NCBI GenBank assembly: GCA_002269645.1 | Contig: NIVC01000387.1 | Coordinates: forward strand, 310,001 to 374,000 | Reading direction: 5' to 3' | From: Macrostomum lignano | Lineage: Eukaryota | DNA: 64,000 nt | Shown: positions 58,842 through 64,000 of the stretch, piece by piece | Layout: every line of letters starts with the position of its first letter | How positions within the stretch are numbered: position 1 is the first letter of the stretch | Translations under genes and position numbers: made by a program | Notes under the pieces: generated by a model | Seen by the model: the letters and a program-made list of their open reading frames with translations, nothing else | Told to the model about the DNA's origin: nothing | Databases searched by the model: none

Positions 58842-61020
58842 CTATTGTTCCCCCTGTTGTTGCAGGCCGTCTACAGCAAAGTCGCTGAGCAGTTGACGGT
58901 CCCCGCTGGCGTCGCTCAGCACCGCCTTTGAGCTATTAAAGCCGCCAATATCTCCGCCGACATCGCCGGCAAGTGGGGCGACCGCTTTAACTGGCTGCTT
59001 CTCTTCCTCGGACTGCCGGACCAGTGAGCTGATAACTGTCTCGTTTGATGCGGACGCCAGCGCCAGCTCGCTGCTAACGTGCCCACCGTCCGATGGGAGC
59101 GGGCGGAGGCGTCGGACGCCGGGCTCGGTCACCGGCCCTACCGACAAGCGCAGGCAGTGGCTGGCGGCGTAGAAGAAGCACCTGCCAGCCGTGCCAACTG
59201 CACTGGCGCCCTCGATGCTCTGCGGCTCATCGATGGTGGCAAAAGCCGGAGCCATCGGCCCGAGCCTGCTGGTGATGGTGAGAGTCTTTGCGGCAGATCG
59301 GAAGGTTTTAGCGACGCGTGCGAACCCGGGCGGACGGAGGAGTAGCCGGTGGGAGGCAGAGCGTCTGGCTGCTGATCCTGTTAGGCCGGTGAACTGGTTG
59401 AGACTACAGGTGCTGAGCTCTGCAACTTCGCGTGGCAGTTGCACCGAGACGGCTTCAGCGACTGATGGCAGCCGGGGAGTCGGTAGCATCAGCGCCTGGC
59501 TGAACTGTTGCGATGGTTGCGGCGGGCGTCGTTTGCAGATGGCGCCGGGCAACAACTGCATCGGAGGCCGGTGCTGCGTGGCGAACCGACCGGCCAGGTC
59601 GGCGCCAAGAATGGCGCAGGAGATAACTGGGCGCTGGCCCTGGTGGTAACGCGCCTGGCGCAGCTGCGGCATAGGAGCATCTTCAGCGACGAAACTGGGC
59701 CAGCCAGTCTCCGTCAGACAGTGGGCGATTAGGCTGCACCTCCGGGAAACTGACGTTGCTTTCTTGAGCGCCTTATTTTTCAGACCGCTCGGCTCCTTTT
59801 TTGGTGTTTTTTGTAGCGTCGGCGACTCGCTGGTTAGCTCGACGACTCCTCCCCTGCTCTCTGTGCCGCCGGTCGAAGCTTGACTGTGCCTGTTGATGAG
59901 CGACATCGCGTTGTCTGGGAGGCAACGCAGTGTCAGCAGACTGTTTCGGCCGCGCTGTGGACCGCCTGCCTTCAGTGGGACGAGTGTGGCCTCCAGGAAC
60001 TGGCAATGTTCCTGTCTGAGCTGCACCAGACTGACACCCTCTGAGCTCCGCGAGGTCGAGAAGCTGCCGCCCTCGCTGCACCCCAGGCTGACTGTCGAAG
60101 TAGCTCTGGTAGCCTGATCTAGCCCCGACCGCTGGTCTGTCAGCGGAAGAGGGATCTTTGAGCGTACGCTGAGCTGGTTCCGGTTTCTATTGCTGGGCTG
60201 CTCCGCTACCGACCGGCACTGGATCCTGTTGCTGGGTTGCTCCTCCACTGACCGTCTCTGGATCCTGTTGCTGGGCTGCTCCTCTACTGACCGTCTCTGG
60301 ATCCTTTTGCTGGGCTGCTCTTTTACTGACCGTCTCTGGATCCTGTTGCTGGGCTGCTCCTCTACTGACCGTCTCTGGATCCTTTTGCTGGGCTGCTCCT
60401 CTACTGACCGTCTCTGGATCCTGTTGCTGGGCTGCTCCTTTACTGACCGTCTCTGGATCCTGTTGCTGGGCTGCTCTTCTACTGACCGTCTCTGGATCCT
60501 GTTGCTGGGCTGCTCCTCCACTGACTGTCTCTGGATCCTGTTGCTTGACTGCTCTGCCACCGACCGCCTATGGGGATGCTGGCGGCGCCGCCTCTGCTTC
60601 GTTCTGGAGACGAGAAACTCAATGCAGATTTCAATGCGCCGACTTTCATCGAGGCGGTTTGGCCTGCGGAGGCTGGACTGAAGTCTTGGCGACGGCTGGT
60701 CTGTCCTGATCGGCTCTACACGGCCGTTCCTTAGCGTCGCCTCCTTCTGCTCCGACAGTTGCACAGTGTCGCCTTGGCGCAGTCGCCGGCTGAGCAGCTG
60801 GAGCTCGTGCAGCCGCCTGGATATGCTCCGGGAGCTCACGGACACGGAGGCGGTGGCCGAGGCGGTTTTCTTGCGGCTCTGGCGCCGACTGCAGCTGCCT
60901 CGTTCGGGGACCTCGCCGCGCCGGCCGGGCATGAGAAGCTCTACGCTGCCCTGCCACATCTCAAGCTGTCGCTTCACTCGCTCGCTGCTGTTGGCGCCGA
61001 TGATATTCGCAGTAACTTGA
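58842..61020 (-). CDS. Large exon (about 725 codons) of an unknown low-complexity Ser/Arg-rich protein with 13-aa repeats
   Basis: Stop-free for 2.19 kb and GC-rich like neighbouring exons. Branch-point/acceptor-like CTAAC..CCCAG| near 61021. A phase-compatible upstream exon at 61991-61721 is possible but uncertain. Confidence 0.55.
60195..60570. repeat. 39-bp in-frame tandem repeat, about 10 copies (IQRRSVEEQPSNR)
   Basis: The unit length is a multiple of 3 and the array lies inside the long ORF. Confidence 0.92.
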
Positions 61021-62307
61021 TCTGGGATCAATGGACCAATGTTAGTCTTCTTAACACCTAACTAAAGAATCAGCTCTTCTTGCACAGCTTTTGTCTATGT
61101 CTACCTTGCCATTGGTTTTCGGCACTTAAAATACAAAAATAACCCTGATAATGTAGGATTAATATTGTATATAGCTGTTGCGTGCTTTAGTTCTCGGTCA
61201 CGAGTGCGCCTGCGTTAAATGCACGCTGATGTATTTGTTGAAATACATAATGATTACCACGGTTTGACCATAGACTATGTTGTTAAATGCACACTTCGTC
61301 GTGTTATAATGTGAAAGACAATTGAGATTGCACTTTTGCTGAATATCTTTGGCTTCTGCTATAGTATAAATAGAGCCATTAGAAGTTTCAAAACGAAGAC
61401 ATAATGGATATTCGATCGGTAGCTCGTATTTAATAAAAATGTCGAAGTATGGAAAGTATCATCTCATCCTGGCAAGTTAATATTCTATAGGAAAACATCA
61501 GCCCTCAGAAACCACTTAAACACCCTGTGTCCAGCGGTTCTTGAGTGCAGCATTGGAATATGGCCAAGTAATCTAGGAACAAAAAGTTCCCCAAATGAAA
61601 ACCGTGTGTGCAATTTATTGAGTTAAAATTACAGCAGCAACTATTGGGACTGTTTCTGCATGAATTTCGGGTTCCAAGCCTATTTATCGACCCCAGTCTT
61701 GCCTCTTGAAAGGCGCTAACGTATCTGGCTCCTGCACTGGATTCGTAGCGAAAGCTCCAGTGACTTCCATAATCTGCAGCCGTTCAAGCCAGTAACTGTA
61801 ATTTTCTTGCTGCCTCCAAGATTTTTCTGACCGTCCCACCTCAGGCCTGTCGGACTTCGCTGGAATGCCAAGCACCACCTGACGCTTGAGAGGGGAAGAG
61901 AGAGACGGGGGTTCACGCGACAACTGGGACAAATCCCGAACCCACAAGCCCGCGTCTGCCCGACTCTGCATTGCCTCTCAGCAGTTTCCATTGGCCCAAG
62001 CCGAGGCGCTCATTGTGTGCGCTTCGAATGCGACCAGACGGCCTTCCAACTAAAACTGTTATTTCACCGCTGCAGAGCGTCCCCGTGCTGGAGAGAGGTC
62101 AACTCGACGATCGCAGCCGTTACAAGGAAATTGTGAAAGAAGGCAAGATCGAAAGCAAGCAAGCTGCAGAGGATCGAACTGAGAGTAGCAGGAGCTGGCT
62201 CGACAACGCTGACAAGAGAAGACCAACTTAGAGCAAAAGTACATGTAATGCATGCAAAGGCTTGCCGCAAATTCTGATCAAAATTATTTTTAAAAATATT
62301 CAGAGCA

Positions 62308-63449
62308 ATGCAGCTGCTACAGTCAGAGCTATTGGCAGTCCTGATTGTGCTGCTAATACCAGGTGAGTACGAACTCAAATCCTGCTTGTTGATGTCTCTC
62401 AGAGCTCAGAGCTTAAGCGAGATCCCCACTGTTCAAGACAAGTCAGGACAAAAAATTTCCTGTGAGAAGTTTCTTGAAAGCTGACCTTTCAGATAGTCTG
62501 CAAGCTTCTATAGCTGTCCGGGATGGCAGCAAGTTCAAGATTTTCTCAAGTCAAGATTGCAAAGAATTTTGTTAGAAATCGGTCACTCTGGCAGGCAGAC
62601 GGATCGCAACAGTCTGGAATCGCTCCGAAACTGAACCATTTCAAATACTTTGCTTCCCAACAGAGCCGGGCGCGAGCTCTGTACGCATTTGGGACTGCCA
62701 ATTCCAATTATGCCAGCCGTAGACTGGCAGCGGGGGTCCAAGGGGCTCCGACTAATTTGCTTTACGAGCCCTGCGGGTGCCATGCGGCCGTGCCGCGCTG
62801 CCGGCGGTCAATGGGCTGATGAATGACAGGGCGGCCCAGAACTGGGATTGCTGCAGCCCTGCCCTCCTCCTGCAGCATTCGATCCCGATCGTTAGAAGCT
62901 CCACGCAGCTGCTGTAAGAGAAAAGGCGATGAAGAGATTGGGTGTTTAGGTTTGAAACACTGGCGATCTGCGGCAGCAGTACAGAATGCACTATTTCCGG
63001 TACACTGGGTTTCTCCTATTGCGGCTGTATGCAACTCCGCTGTACAGTGTCAACAGATCCAAACAGAACTCCTTTAGCGCGAACAGATGAATGTTATAAG
63101 TCTTCCATAGGTTTGATTCAATACAACAGCATGCTAATGACCTTCCTTGAACCCCGGGCTGAAGTGTCCCAGACGGGCTACCACGAGCGGCGCCTGCTCT
63201 ACTACCTGTTCCACCCGAACAACCGCAGCAGCGCCCTGCAGGTGCACAACCCGGTTGAGCGCCCGGTGAGAAACGACTCAGGCGTCCTCTATGTCTGGTT
63301 CAAGGTCTCGCTACAGCAAATTATCGACGTGGTGAGCTGTGAAAATTGTTGACGGTAAGGTAAACTATCATCAAATTATTAATCCAATTTCCATAAAATT
63401 TTAGGATGAGAAAAATCAGATCCTATTTGCCAACATTTGGCTTGATCTG
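62308..63449 (+). CDS. Nicotinic acetylcholine receptor subunit, alpha7-like, first 3 exons (3'-partial)
   Basis: Exons 62308-62362 (55 nt, signal peptide), 63165-63331 (VSQTGYHERRL..NPVERPVRNDS..SLQQIIDV) and 63405-63449 (45 nt, DEKNQILFANIWLDL). Intron positions match the CHRNA7-type gene structure. Confidence 0.93.
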
Positions 63450-64000
63450 GTAAGTCGGAGACGTCGCTTTTTGCAACCAACCATTGTTACTTTATGCCTG
63501 TGTCCAGCTGCAAAATTTCAATTTTGACTGCAAACTAAAAGACGGAATACATATACACGCTAATGCATTTCAATGCGAAATTCTCACCGCCTACACAAAC
63601 TACACGATTCGCCAGTGTTGCGTCCTTCTTAACATAAGTTTTTACTGGTCCTTACTTAAGCAACGCAAGAAGGGCCACTGAGAACACTCGGGTAGCAATG
63701 TAAACCTTCCTGAATTCAAAATTTTCAGGAAGCATGTGGGCTGTGTGCAGCTTATAGTCGACCAATAATACACTCGTAGCCAGCGGGGAGGCTCTTAGAC
63801 TCACCCTGAGCACTCACTAGGATACGTACGAGTACAGAGGCACACTCGGTGATTGACAACTGTAATTATTGTCATCATGGCAGTCTGTGCTGTGAGTTGT
63901 CTTTATAATGAGTGGAAAGCGCACGAGTCCCGGACTGCTACCTATCCAGTTAGCCAGTTTGGGCACAAGTTTTGCTATCAAAATCAAAGAGACCTTGACC

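Overview
This is eukaryotic (metazoan) genomic DNA with GC-rich spliced exons and GT-AG introns, many filled by intron-specific minisatellites. The style resembles a free-living flatworm such as Macrostomum, but that assignment is inference only. Genes reconstructed by hand: a 5'-partial OATP/SLCO transporter (+), HMBS/porphobilinogen deaminase (-), a membrane-anchored JmjC/cupin protein (-), an 11-beta-HSD1-like SDR (+), an orphan 102-aa secreted protein (-), an EGF-TM exon resembling the LRP1 C-terminus (-), SCPx/SCP2 thiolase (-), a universal stress protein (-), a 729-codon low-complexity ORF (-) and the first three exons of an alpha7-type nicotinic acetylcholine receptor (+). Mobile DNA: mariner, Harbinger, P/THAP and possible Merlin remnants, three CORE-type tRNA SINE copies, one young SINE with a 15-bp TSD, and MITEs. 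Most notable: (1) discrete, nearly CpG-free AT-rich domains in which repeats show directional CpA->TpA (TpG->TpA) plus CpG->TpG changes, the signature of fungal RIP or of CpA/CpG methylation-deamination; (2) minisatellites built from RNA-processing signals, namely a tandemly amplified splice acceptor and a 21-fold amplified poly(A) signal. All counts and alignments were done by eye; no database searches were run.
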